The notes beneath the pieces were generated by a model, which was not told the origin of the DNA, searched no databases, and saw only the letters and a list, made by a program, of their open reading frames with translations. A program made the position numbers and the translations under genes. From Prorocentrum cordatum (lineage: Eukaryota): a DNA stretch of 64,000 nucleotides. Shown in pieces: positions 24,267-38,600 of the stretch; positions within the stretch are counted from its first letter, which is position 1, and each line of letters opens with the position of its first letter. The stretch spans positions 310,001-374,000 of the forward strand of contig CAUYUJ010000092.1 of NCBI GenBank assembly GCA_963575745.1, in the 5' to 3' direction.

Positions 24267-27200
24267 GTCTTCGGAGAGGGAAAGCCGCACAGTCCGAGAG
24301 AATCCCGGGGGCACACGAGTCATGAGGCACAGATGCCAGGCTTGCCAATCTGTTCAGTACTTCCTGGATTTCCCTCTGCTCCCCCGTGACCCATGTCTTC
24401 CCATCTCTTCCTTGGAATTTGCGTTTGTCTGTGTTTTTGTGCTTGCTTCCCCCTCCTGATTTGTCTCAGGGGGGGCAGGCGGCCGCACAGAGCGGAGCTG
24501 TCCGCCGCGGGAGGCGCTTGTCTCAGAGCGGCCGGGGATCGCGATGCCCCCGTGGGGGCGGGAAAGAGGGAGGGGGGGAGGAGGGCAGGGAGCAGGAGAG
24601 AGCAGGGGGGGGCGAGGAGGGAGGCGAGAGGAGGGCAGAGTGGGAGGACCTGGTGGAGGAGACCTCTCCCGGCCTTCGCCGAGCGTCGCCCGTGAGCCGC
24701 CGCGCCTTCGGCAAGCCAGACGGAACGGCGCATCCACCCCGGGAGGATGGAGCCCTCCTCCTCCTCCTCCTCCTCCTCCTCCCTCCCTCCCTCCCTCCCT
24801 CCCTCCCTCCCTCCCTCCTCCTCCTCCAACTCCTCACCATGGGCGGGCGGGTGGGGACTTGCCCAGCCGGAGGGCTGCAGGCACGGCGCCCTGCCAGGCA
24901 CAAACGCTCCCGATCGGACGCCTGGCGAAGGCCGCTGCTCTGTGCTGCCCCGCCCTGGGCGCGGGCGGGAGACTTGGGAACTGCCTGCAGCTGGTTCCAG
25001 CCGCCGGCGCGGCGGCGAGTGGTGACCAGGGCCGTTCGAGTCCGCCTGTGCAGTGAGGGCCCCCGCCCCCGTCGTAGGGCAGCGCCGATTGCGACCGTTG
25101 GAGATAACCGCTGCGCTGTGCAACGTGGAAGAACCACTCCGTACTATACGAACATCGGGTGTGTGTGGATGTTTCTCTATAGCACACCCTGTTGTGTGCA
25201 GGCTTTATGTACAATCGGATGGTTTGCTAGCTGAAGTGCCGTATTCCCGTGCCTGCCCAGTCCCCGAGTCCTTTTGCCACTGAACCCGAAGAGGCAAACG
25301 ACGGCATGAGCACATTTCTCCTCGGAGTTCCGCGCGGAGTTCTCGGCTCGCGGGTGGGGCCCCCCTCTGGCGGTGCCTCCGGCGCCGATCCAGGAAATCC
25401 GCGAGGAGCTTCGAGAAATGATGCTCGCGCCGCTTTCGGTTCCTCTGTTGGCGGGGGCCTACGGCGCGCGAGGACCTCCCCTGGGCCGCGCGCGCGCTGA
25501 GTCGCCCGAGCACCGTCGCCCCCGCCGTGGGCCAGGCAGAACGGCGCGTCCTGCGCGGGCGGGCTGGGCCAACGCAGCAGCCCCTCCGAGTGATGATGTT
25601 CACGTGGCAAGCTCCGGAGATGCAGAGGTGCGGGCAGCGATCGCATCCATATCCGCTGCGTCTTGGAGCTTCGGGCTCCCAGGCCCAGACCCGAGGCGCA
25701 GCGGAAATGGACAAAGATCATGCCCCCAGGGGCCACGTCTCTGTCCAGGTCCACTGCGGCTCCGCCCTTCGGCGACCCCTTTTTCCAGAAAGTCCAAGGC
25801 TCAATGAACATGGATATAATCACCACCCACCAAACCATCCCAACCCAACCCGAAGGCTTAGATTTACCCTCGATTTCCAGTGGGGGGGGGTGTCGGGAAA
25901 CATCGAAAAAAAAACACATGTGGAACCCTTACCCCCCCCAACCCGAAATTCGGGTCTTCGGGTTGGGTTGGGGTGGTCTGGTAGGTAGTCATATAAACTT
26001 TGCCCGCGAGAGGGGGCGTCGTTTCCGAGGGAGCAAGCGCCTTCTTCCTCGGCGGATGTCGGCGGAGGCAGAGCGGCGGCGGGTCTCTGGGCGGAACATC
26101 CGCGGAAGGCCAGGTCTACTCTGTAAGAACGGTTTTTTGAAGGCAGATCTGCCTTCAAAAAGAACGGTTTTTTGAATGCAGATCTGCCTTCAAAAAGAAC
26201 GGTTTTTTGAAGGCAGATCTGCCTTCAATAAGAACGGTTTTTTGAAGGCAGATCTGCCTTCAAAAAACCGTTCTTACAGAGTAGACCAGTCTTTCCTCCT
26301 TGTTTGAAGGCAGATCTGCCTTCAAACAACCGTTCTTACAGAGAAGATATGTCATCTTGCCTGGGTCCAGGATTTCTGGATTCGGACACGTCGGCCCGAA
26401 CATGGGTGGTCAAAGTCTGAGGCAAGATGTTGGCAAGATCTGCCAGGCTGGCACCGCCTTGTCCTCCTCCCACTGGACGGGGGGCCCACGGTGCATGAAG
26501 ACAGGTATCCCAAGCTGAGATCCCTTTTCGAATGGACCTGCCGAGCGGATGTCACGGCGGGGTCCCTGCCAGGGGCCACAAGAGTGTTCGGGGAACAAGT
26601 TCGACGTGCTCTTGTCGCAATTACCATATGTACGTATGCGGTCGTGGGGTTGTCTGTGGGGTTTTGTGTCGCGTTGGGCTGTCGATGCGCCGTTTTGGGG
26701 CGGTCCCGGGGTTTCATCGGTTCATTTTTGGGTCCTTCGGGCCCTCCAGAGGACTTCCTCCATTGCTGGTACGCTGCGCACGGAGACCCGACTGCTGGCC
26801 AGAGGTCTCCTGGAGGCCGTCTTGGGCCTTTTCGAAATTGAGAAGCCGAAACATGTGTATACCTACAGTTGATGAACATTGAGTAAGTTCCAGAGGGCCT
26901 GCTGCACAGTTCCTTGTATACTATGTTGTGGGTTTCTGGGGGCCTAGTGAGGCCTCTTGGCGCAATCGTTGAGCCTCGCGGTGCCATCCAGGATACCATA
27001 TTGAGCCCACGTTTGCTAGATTAGGCCTTCATGTGAACCATATGGGGGCACATAGGGCCATCTGCATTATTCGGGACGTAGACGTTGCTTCGACGCATTA
27101 TCTCGGTGGGTCCTCGTGGGATACCCTTGGCGGAGTTTCGGGCGCTTTGGGGGAGCCTGTAGAAACGCGTGACTGGGACCACTTCGGAGTCTTGAAGCCG

Positions 27201-30200
27201 TCAATGCGGTTTGGGGTATACTTTCAGCGTCTTGGGGCCCTTCAGAAGCCATCGAAGATGCACTGCAGTCCTTTTGGGCTTGTCTTTGATTCGGGGGCCG
27301 TTGGAAGCCATCCAGGGAGTACCGGGGACCGCCTTGAGACCTCGTGAGAGCTATCTAGAGCCAGGAAGGGATACACGTAGGCGTATTGAAAGAATTCAAC
27401 CCAGTGGGAGGCGTCAGGCTATCTGGGAGCTCCCAGATCAGCAAATACTGGAAGGGTTCGGGAGGGAGTGTTAGAAGTGTGACATAGCCGGCCATCATGT
27501 GATTCGGGGTGCCAGGTGCCGGGCGTCGCTCTTGGCTCAACTTATGGCGGGCCTCACCTCAATTCATGGTGCAGCCAATCGCAGATTTCGTCGCAACACG
27601 TGGCGCAACCTATTGTGCAACATGTGGCGTACCTTACAGCGCAACCTATGGCGGCCCTCGCCGCAACCCGTGGCGCAACCGATGACGGACCTACAACAGA
27701 ACCCATGGAGCAACCTTGGTGCAATTTATCGCGCGGCCTATGGCGGCCCTGAGCGCAGTCCATCGCGCAACCTATGCCGTGTGCCTTGCCGTATGTGCCG
27801 CGCCGTGTCATGCCATGGGTCCTGCCCAGGATTCCCCTCTCCACGTGCCATGAGCTGTGCTGTGTGGCGTGCCGTGTGTCATGCCGTGTGCCGTGCCGTG
27901 CGTTATGCTTGTTTCCCACGTGATGTGTCGAGAACATGTCTTCCAACATGCGATTACGTGAGGCGGTGCTGTGCCATGACGTGCTGTTTGCAGTGCCACG
28001 TCGTGCCGTGTAGTGTTGTGCGGTTGTCTTGCCGTGTTTTTGGACTTGCATGTTGTTCAGGGTATTATGGTGGGGTGCAGTTTGGAGGCCGTCCAGGGGC
28101 GTCCTGGATCCCTCCACTAGCCGTCTTCGGTCCGTATTCGAGCTTTTTCGGTTCAGTGTTGGCCCTCCCGAGGCGACCCTGGGTCAATCTCGGGCGGCCT
28201 GCCTCGGATCCATGCAGAGGGCTTGCCTGGCCGCCCGAAGGACATCTTCAGAGCCCCGAATCATCAGGGGTAACTCGGGTCAGGGCTAACTCGGGTTTGT
28301 TTTTCGGGAATCCGACCCCGACTTACCCCGGACCCGAGTTACCCCGGATAATTCGGGCGTCCAGAGCCCCCACATCATCAGGGGCAACTCGGGTCAGGGC
28401 TGGTTCCTTTTTCGGGAATCCAAACCCGAGTTACCCCGGACCCGAGTTACCCTGGATAACTCGGGCGCCCAGCATCTCAGGCGGTCTGGAGGGCCGTCTT
28501 CAAGCCTTCCGAGAAGCACCATCGGCCATAGCAGACGCACTGCGATCGCGTGATGCCAGCGCGCTGGCCCCAACCGGCGAGGCCACCCGGTGCCCCGGTC
28601 GGGGCCCGTGGCGATCGGCGGAGCTCCCCGGCAAATGGGGTCGCTCGGCTGTTCGGGGCCTCTCGGGGCTCCCCATTTCCCCCCTCCCTAGATTCAGAGC
28701 GTGAATTACCTACCCCGCTTTCGCTTCCAGGCAAAACCAAGTCATACCACGCGCCTCCTCGTCAAGCGGCCTGACCAGTACTGGCCGTAGTTTGGCATCG
28801 CTTGGTATCTCTTGGAAGCGAGGGTGGTCAAAAGCGAGGAAGGTTTGTTTTCCCCCTAAAGATGCCAGCCTTCCAGGTTCGCCTCCGTGCTGCCCCTCCT
28901 CCGTCTTCTCATCGTCCCCCCCTCCCATCGAGGTCGGGCGGCAGCTGGAGGCGCTGGAGGAGGACGAGGGCAGCTGCTGGCAGTGGTGGGACAGCGCTTG
29001 GGTGGTCTTCGTCGTGGCGTCGGTGCTCTTCGCCCTAGTGGAGACGAGGAGGCGGAAGGGAAAGAGGAGGACGAGGCAGGAGAGGAGGAGAGGAGGCGAA
29101 GGAGGAGGACGAGGAGGAAGACGGGACAGATGAGGACGAGGCAGAAGAGGGGGAGAGAGGAGGCGAAGGAGGAGGAAGAGGATGACGAGGACCAGGACGA
29201 GGAGAAGGAAGGGAAAGAGGAAGACGGGGCACAAGAGGGGGGGAAAAGGAGAAGGAACAACAGGAAGAGGAGGAGGACGACGACGAGGGAGGGGGAGACG
29301 GATAAGAAGAAGCTTGATAACTAAGGATGGGGGGAAGGGGGAAGGAGAAGGAAGAGGAGGAGGAGTAGAGGAATGCGGCGTATGGAAAATGACGAAGGAA
29401 GGTGAGGAGGACGATCACGCTTTGTGCCAGTCGCTGCTGTGCGGTCTGAACCCAGCTGTTCCCCCTGCCCCCCCGCCCTCCTCCGCTTCCTCTTCTGCCC
29501 CTCACTCTCCTTGTCTCTCCCAACCCCGTGCCAATGGTGCGCAGGGTTCCTGTTGGGTAGTCGGGTGAGGACGCACGGGGCGCCTGTAAGGAGACCATCG
29601 ATCTCCGAAGAGCACCTCACCCGAGCCCTCTGGAGTTACGCCACCGGGGCGACACAGGCAATCCGGCACCGGGGCGACACAGACAAATAGGGGTCCTCCC
29701 AACCCCGCTTGAAAATCGCCATGTCGAGCGAGCAGTTGCTTACTCGACATATCAGGAGGCTGGACATTGTTCCCCAGCTCCTCCATACCTGCCTCATGAA
29801 TCAGGTTACTCTTTGGCATTCGTACGAGGTGTATTACCTCCACAGGGCAGCGCCCTGATACGGCTGTATGGGGGCGAGCCTTCCCAGTCTTGCATTATTG
29901 AAGAGGGTAGTCTTGCCAATACCAGGCATTGTGCTCATGCGTTGAACCCTCATGCTGGGGCTTCGTTCCCTCATGCTCTTACCCCTCATTTTGGGGCTTG
30001 CCCTTCATGCGTCGACACACCATGCTTGGGCCTTGGTCCCTCACGCGTCGACCCCTCATGCTGGGGCCTTGGCTGGCCGCTCATGCGTTGACCCCAAGAT
30101 GCTGGGGCAGTGCCCCTTCATGCGTCGGGGCTTCGGCCCCTCATGCCCTGACCCCTCATGCTGGGGCCTTGGCGGGCCCCTCATGCGTTGACCCCCTCGT

Positions 30201-33200
30201 GCTGGGGCATTGGCCCTTCATGCGTTGACCCCTCATGCCAGAGCCTCGGCCCCTCATGCCCTGTCCCCCCATGCTGGGGCCTTGGCTGGCCGCTCATGCG
30301 TTGACCCCCTCATGCTGGGTCATTGGCCCTTCATGCGTCGACCTACCATGCTGGGGTCTTGGTCCCTCACGCGTCGACCTCTCATGCTGGGGCCTTGGCT
30401 GGCCCCTCATGAATTGACTCCAACATGCTATGGCAGTGCCCCTTCATGCGTTGACCCATCATGCCCCCTCATGCCGGGGCTTCGGCCCCTCATGCCCTGA
30501 CCCCTCCTGCTGGGGCCTTAGCTGACCCCTCATACGTTAACCCCCTCATGCTGGGTCATTGGCCCTTCATGCCTTGACCCCTCATGCCAGACCCCCTCAT
30601 GCTGGGGCATTTACCCTTCATCCTTCACGCGTTGACCCCTCATGCCAGGATTTCGGCCCCTCATGCCCTGACCCGCTCATGCTGGGGCCTTGGCTGGCCC
30701 CTCATGCGTTGAACGCCTCATGCTGGGGCATTGGCCCTTCATGCGTTGACCCTGGGGCACTCTTGGGAAACCTCTTGGAGGCCTCTTGGCCTCTTGGGCC
30801 GTCTGGGGGCCGTCTTGGGCCGTCTAAGGCTACGAGTCTTTCGACCAGCGGACCGACTGCCTGTGCTGCATCAAGCCGCGCGCGGGCTGCAAGGATGCGC
30901 CCAGGGCCTTCTCCATGAAACTCGCCGGGGTGACGCGTTTTCCCGACTACATCACCAAGCCGACACGGTGGGACCCTTACTTCGAGGTCACATGAGACGT
31001 CTGGCACCTATGGCACCGGTGGTTCGGAGCTAGTGCTCACGTTACTCGAGCCAATTGACAACCTCAAGATCGCAAGGCGCAAGGAGCACGTCGACCCACT
31101 CATCGGCCACATCCAGAGCCTCATCGGCAAAATGAGGGGGATTCCGACGATTTCACTAACACGCTGACCTGGCCAAGTCGAAGGCCGACGAACCTGCCTG
31201 AAGTCCACTTACAGACCTCTTCGTCTCCCTCCTCGGAGCAGCAGCCTACGCTCTGCTCGCGCAACACCGCGTTGCTGTCTATATCATCGCGCTGCAGAGG
31301 GCCAAGAACAAGTTGGTCATCAGACACGCGATGCAGCTCAACGAAAGTGTTCCGGCCATGCAGAAGATCACGGTGCGCATCGTCTTCCCGGCGATGGAGC
31401 GCGCAGGCCGAATATGTGCACGCAGCAACGGCTCGTTCAAGCGCCAGGAGGAAACAGCCTGCGGCATGCGGCACGCGGGCGAGTGTCGCAGCACTGGTAA
31501 GCTGATCGGGCAGTTGCTCGGCGCCGTGAACTAACTGATCGCACAAACTCGCGTGTCGATCATCCTTCGGCTCAAAGTTGCTCGCAGCCAGCGGCGAAGC
31601 TGTTGGCCTACAGGCGCGCTACCTGACGTTCCACGAGATGGTGCGCGGACCCGCTTCTGCAGAGGAGATCAGGAGGCTGAGGGAGGGAGGAGATTACGCC
31701 ATACCGGCCGAACTTGTCGCGGCATGTCCGTTTTCTCCGCTGTGGCCTTGGACCTTGTCCGTCCGCCTTCGGAGAACAGCATGGCAGGCCACCTATAGCG
31801 GTTACCAGACCAGCTCCGCACTAAGAAATCTCCGACATGTTTTGGTTCGACGCTCGCGACATGAAGGCCGACCCCATAATGAAGGGTAGCATCGGCCGCG
31901 AGCTGATCGCTTACTCTTCGCGAATCCCCAGCAACCCATCCTAAAGCAGCTAGTCTAGGGAAGAGTACCGTCTATCCAGAGACGATGCCCAGATTAGTCG
32001 CCCTGCTCAGGGAAGTACAGGAGCCTGCAAAGGAACAAAAAGCTGGAGAAACCACTCATGGGGCTCTTTTTGGGGGTCTTTGGGTCCTCTTGGGGCTCTT
32101 TTGGGGGGTCTTGGGGCGCTCTTGGGGCCTTTTGGGGGCTCTATTGGGGTCCCCCTGTGAGTTTCGGAGGGCCTCTTGGCGCCGTTTTGGAGGCCATCGA
32201 TCAAAGGAGGGGGGGTCCCCGATTTTCCTCCCCCTTCCAGGGCCATCAACATAGACAGTTGGGGCGCTCTTGGGGCCCTCTGGGGGCGATCTTGGGTGGC
32301 ATTGGGGCCGTTTTGGGGGCCTCGTGGGCTCTTTTGGGAGCTGCCTTGGGCCATCTTGGGGCTTCACAGCCGCACCGGAAGCGAAAAAACGAGAAGGCAC
32401 AAATCATTGGTGTTGCTTGGTTGTTGAAGGATTGTGGCATCTCGGGGGGGGGGTTCTGAGGGGTTCCAAGAGCACCTGGGTATGTCTTGTGGCCTTCTTG
32501 GGGCATCTTGGAGGCATGTTGCTGGATACCTTGAGCCATGTTGGGGTTTGTTGAGCGATCTTGGAGGCCATCTTGGGCTCCCTGAAACCTCTTGGGGCCA
32601 TTTCGGGCCATTTTGGACGCTCCAACCCCTCGCAAACCTCCCCGTCCAGGTCCAGGGGAGGGGGTGGGGGTACGGGAAGAAACGGGTTGTGAATGAGGAA
32701 AGACAGACATCGTTAGACCACCTGTCGCCCAGACGTCTGCTGATATTCTCGACGTCATGAGCGGGAAGCTCAACTACGGCCACCCCGCGGCCAAGTTGAG
32801 TGAGGTGCGGATCAAGAAGACGGCGACCAGTTCTTGCCATAGCAACCTCAGCAAAGAGAGCAGCGACTCGTATGACTAAGCCATCTGATACTCGCAGTCA
32901 CGGACTACGAGGTCCGCTGGCAGTCTTGATCAGGAAGCGAGAGAGACGCAGAGGCTCGCATGTCGCGAACTATGTTCACGAATGCGACACGGCAAATATG
33001 CGAAATGAGCGGGTTGCATCCGTGCGCTACGCTTGTGGTGCAGCGGGTCTCGGAAAGTAGAGCATGTAAGTGCGCGATCGCGTGTTCCATATTCTCAGGA
33101 GATTGTTGTATTAGGGACCAGGTATGTAGAAGGTCCTCTGTATCAAGCAAGTTGTTTTGCTTCGCTGGCTTGGGTGTAGATTGCACGCCTGAACTGACGA

Positions 33201-35599
33201 GGCACTAGCAGTCTCGCTTGAGCACCAGATCCGAACTGGACCTTCTCACACTGCCTCTCTTGCCCCTTGCTTTAATGTTCTCCCCTGTCCGCTGCGCCCT
33301 GGGGCCGGGAGGATATCGCCCCGTGCCCGTGTTATCCGTATCTGGCACATCGTACCCGTCCTATGCATTCACGTACTGCGAAGTTCGTTCTTACCCTTCA
33401 ACCTTTCTTCTTCGTGTCATCCGCCTCCTCGTGTTTATCCTGTTCCTCATCCTCCTCCTCCGCCTCATCCTTCCCTTCCTTCTCCTGCCCCTTCTCACCC
33501 CACTCTCCTCCTGGCCCCTCATTCCCCCCCGCCCCTTTGTCTACAAGCCTGGCAGCCAAAACACGGCGCACAAGGAGACGTTGGAGCCACGACCGTTGCC
33601 ACCGATGGAGGCCGCGGCAGTGCAGACGGCGATCGAGGCCTCCATCTTTGCCAAACTGGGCCCCTCTGCTGCTACTGCTGGTCCTGTTCCTGCTTCTTCT
33701 CCCCCCATCATGTTCCATCTCCCCGTCCACATTTCACGGTTCCTTGTAAGTCGGACTTTGGTCTTTTGGTGTGACATCGTGTCTTATGAGCTCCAGCAAC
33801 TTGGTTGTGTGTTCGACGACGGCGGCGGGGGAGACTGGCAGGCACGTTCGTATGGTGAACGCGCTGCTGCTGCTGATGAGGAGGATTTGGATGAAGAGGA
33901 TGACCAGTGAGAGGATGCGCAGGAGTAGGAAGAGGAGGTGGATGCTGATGCTAGTATGTGTTTGGCGCGGACCGTTGCAGGGAGCCTGAAGCCATGAGTA
34001 CACGTGAGGCTGCAGGCGGTACAAGACAACGTTTCGCTTGCTTCGGCGACGGCGAACCGCTGCTGGAGCAGAGAGAAGGTTACGCTGTGAGAGTTCGAGC
34101 CTAGCAGGCCGACCCGTAGGAAGCCTCAGCCAACTCTCTAGACGGAAAGCCGCGTAGGGCAGCCAATGAGCTCACGAGCCACGTCACCAGAGGCTTGTTC
34201 GGGTGGAGACCCCTGCACATTCTGAGCCAAGAATCGGGTGTCCGAGGCTTGCCCTCAAAGGTTAGCGGCGGGGCCTTGCAGGCGAGAGCCAAGTTTCACG
34301 TTTGACAAATGCAAGCAAACGAATCATCGGAGCAGCCGACGACCCAACACGCTCGTCCAACAGCCGAGAACGTGCTGAGCTCATCCTACAGTGCCTGCAG
34401 CAGACGCCCGGGGGAGGCTCCACCATGCTGCCACGGTCATTGATATGGTTGCGCCTTCCCCCGCGCGCACTGGAACACTCGTGAGCGTGTGTAGGCGCAG
34501 GCGGTCGTCTCTTAGGGCACTCGTATGACACCCCATCCAGGTCGAGAGAGGCCAGTGAAGGAGAAGATTAGCCGACAGGCTCGCCACTGCCTGGGCGACA
34601 CGGATAGAACGCAAATGCAGTTCTTGAGGGCAGGATTGTGTTGGGGATGTTCAACACCCTTCTAGTTGCGGCGGCAGCTAGGTTATTGCGAGCACGCAAG
34701 ATGTACTCTGTCTCATCAATACCGCATAGACCACCCTTCGGGTGATAAGGAGGTGAGGGGGGGAGGGACCAACGTCGCACTCGATTGATCTCACTATCGA
34801 ACTCACTACCGATCTCACAATCGATCTCAATCGATAGATCTCACAATCGATCTGACTATCGATCTCACAATCAATCTCACAATCGATCCCACAATCGATC
34901 TCACATTCGGTCTCGCTATTGAGCTCACAATCGATATCACAATCGATCTCGCATTCGATCTGACTATCGATCTCACTATCAAACTCACTATCGATCTCAT
35001 TATCGATCTCACATTCGGTCTCACTATCGATCTCACTATGGACATCACAATCGATCTCACAATCGATCTCGCATTCGGTGTCACTATCGATCTCACTATC
35101 GAACGCACTTTCGATATCATTATCGATCTCACATTCGGTCTCACTATCGATCTCACTATCGATATCACAACCGATGTCACAATCGATCTCACATTCGGTC
35201 TTATCATCGATCTCACTATCGAACTCACTATCGATCTCATTATCGATCTCAATCGATCGATCTCACAATCGATCTGACTATCGATCTCACAATCGATCTC
35301 ACAATAGATCCCACAATCGATCTCACATTCGGTCTTACTATTTGTCTCACTATCGATATCACCATCGATATCACAAACGATCTCCCATTCTGTCTCACAA
35401 TCGATCTCACTACCGATACCACTATCGATCTCACTATCGATATCACAACCGATCTCACAATCGATCTGACATTCGGTTTCACGTTCGATCGCACAACCGA
35501 TATCACTATCGATCTCACTATCGATCTCACATTCGACCTCACTATCGATCTCACAATCGATCCGCATCATCATCAGCATCATCGGGACACCATCAACAC

Positions 35600-35637
<38 letters not shown>

Positions 35638-35640
35638 GCA

Positions 35641-35671
<31 letters not shown>

Positions 35672-38600
35672 CATCATCATCATCGGGACACCGACGGGGC
35701 ACCGACGGGACACGGGCCGGACACCGCGGGCCCCCGGCCGCCCGGAAGGGAGTCATTTGGTCCGGCCGCGCCTCAGCCACACGGGACACCAGCGGGACAC
35801 CGGCGGGACACCGCGGGCCCCCGGCCGCCCGGAAGGGAGACATTTGGTCCGGCCGCGCCTCAGCCACAGGAGACTTTCTCTCGCCCACCCACGCAGCTTC
35901 GCCTCGCCCGCTCGCACGGCACGCACGAACACGAAACCGAAGTCGATTTCCCGGTAGGGGGGCTCTCCGTTCCACTTCGATCTCACCCCTTCACCTCCGA
36001 TTTTCGTTGACGTATTGGTGGGCCTCCATTTTTAACACATGTTGATGAGGAGAAGGAGAACGAGGAGTGGGAGGATGGCATCAGGGAGAGAATAATGATG
36101 AGCAAGATAAAGATGAAGAAGAAGAGAAGGAGAAACATTGTAATTAAGAGGAGCAGGAGGACGAGAAGTAGAAACCGTATGATCATAGTCGTGAAGGTGA
36201 TGTTGAAGATGATGAGGTGGCGGTGGAAGAAGGGGAGGCGAGGCATGAGAGGTGGTGGACGTGTTTGGGATGAAGTGGAGGAGGGCAAAGGATAAGTTCG
36301 AGGAGCGGGCGGAGGTCTGACGAGTTGGATGAAGGGATGATGAAGAGGGCGAGGGGCAGGAGGGGGCGGAGGAAGAGAATGGGGATGATTGGTAGGTTCT
36401 TCACGCCGAGTTTGTTTGAAAATCGACCGCCGCGGAGGTGGTGTTTGGAATCGAGTTGACGGTGCGGTTCGCGAGATTCCCGGATGTGAAGGCAGGCCTT
36501 TATCCTTAAAAGTGTATTTCTTTCGCTCTATCAATATTGCCCTTGCTACTCTATTTCCCCATCTTGCCCCCATCCCTCGTCCGCCCTCCTCCCTACCCCT
36601 CCCAATCTCCCCTCCCCTCCCCATGATCCCCATCATGTTCCTCTCCCTTCTCCTCCTCCCTCTTGGAACTCGGGCACCCCGACTCGTCAGACACGGAGTC
36701 GTGGTGGAGTCTCTTTCGCACATGCCAGGCCATGCCCAGGTGGGGTCGAACAAAGCAAGGGGGACCAGGGCCACGCGAGCCGACGTCCGTACCAATTCGT
36801 TCCTCCAAGCCCGCGCCGCTACCCTGTTCGCCGCCATCTCTGGGGCCCAGTCATTGCCGCCGCAGTGCGGCCGTCCGAAGTGGATGGGCCCGGCCGGACG
36901 GGACAGCCCCACTGCCAACCTGGTTCGAGGACCCTCTCGACACCGAGTCGGCCCTCCGACGGAAGGCTGACGCGTCGACCCGAGCGAAATTGTGGAGGGA
37001 GCATGGTGCCGCAGCACCCCCTTGCTCGGGTAAGGCCGCTCACGAGCTCATCAAGCCCAAGCCCGTCGAGTCCCTCCCTGCCTGCTTTCCTGAGGACGCC
37101 GAGCAGGCGCCCCGCGTCGAGTCCGAGGCGTTTGACCGATCCGGCAGGAATACTTGCCACCGCAGTGCACGAAGGCTCGGCTTGCAGAGCCGATGGCCCA
37201 GGGCTGCCGTGTCCAGCCAAACCTCGTGCCGATTGGGGCTGGACTCCGCTTGGTGCTGCGCAGGACTTGGCGCAGCTCTCGGACGCCTTCCTCTTTTGCG
37301 CTTCACGACAAGCGTCAACCAGCTAGAGCTGACGTCGGAGGTGCCGGATCTGTGGGTGACGATGATTGCCTCCATCTCCCAGCCTCTCCGCGAACGGGGC
37401 TGCAGGCCTAGCTGCCTCTGGAGATTCTGGCCGCGGGTCTGGTCCAGAATCCGTCAGCGCCACAGCGACGAACCTGAAACCGCCAAACAAACGACCCCAA
37501 AAACGCTAAAAGATAACGTAGCGTTTTCGTTAGCGCGTTCAGCCTGTCAAGAGCCCAAGCTAGAAAACGCTTTAAAAAAACGCCCAGGGCGTTTTTAAGG
37601 TGAACCAAGAAGTTCAGATACGGTAGGTTCGCGTCGTGTCGACTCGCCGTGACCCCGCCACGGGCGTTCAAGGTTGAACGCCGCCCGTGGCCCAGAATCG
37701 GCACAACATGGAACGATCTGGCAATCGGTAAGCCGCCGATCGTTCAAGGTTGAACAATCCACGCGGTGTCAGAAACCCGCGCCGGGGCCGCCACGACACG
37801 AACCCGCCGCATGGGACCGGCAGGTGCACGAGAGCTTCGCTTGGGGCAAGCCTGGGGGCACGGGGGCGGACCCCACGGTTCGGTCTGGAGCGGGGGGGGG
37901 GGGATCCATTGCGCCTCGGGCCAGCCAGGGACCTCTCTTAGCGGGGGGTGGTCCTGCAGGCTTGTCCTCGTACAGTCATCGGCCTGACCTAAGGAACGAT
38001 GAATAAGAAAGGAAGCCCCTTTTTTCGAAGGAATACCGCATAAGGAACGGTACATAATACATAACGCATAAGGACCTATAAATAACCCATGCACGCCTAA
38101 GGAACGACCGAGCCCCTTTTGAAAAGTAAGTGTTCCTGATTCAAGCCGCTCAGCTTGCCAGCAGGCGCTGGGTCCAGGAACGCTTCCCCGAAAGACGGGG
38201 GGGGGACCCAGGAGGATGTGGGTGGACGTGGGAGGAAATGGGAGGAGGTGGGGCGGGGCGCGAGGGCTCGGGAGGACGTGGGAGGGAGGTGGGAGAAGGT
38301 GGGGCGAGTTCGGAGGAGGTGGGAGGACGTGGGAAGGAGGTGGGAGGTGGGAAGGAGGTGGGGGGATGCGAGGGTAGCTGGGAGAACGTGGGGGAAGGGG
38401 TAAGGAGGTGGGTGGGGGGGAGGGGATGGCCCCCAAAAGGCCTCGAGCCTCGAGATTCGAGGATGGAACCTCGTCGTGAACCAGAAGATAGAACGTCCGA
38501 TCGAGCGCCCTAAGACGTCTCGTCCCGCTTGCGGGAAAAGGCGCGACTCCTGCATGCACTGAGGAAAACATGCATCGGTGAACACCACATCGAATCTTTA

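Noticed and set aside
34827..36010. Long ORFs with IDCE/RSIV/His repeats
   Set aside because: Translations of the 12-bp minisatellite and (CAT)n
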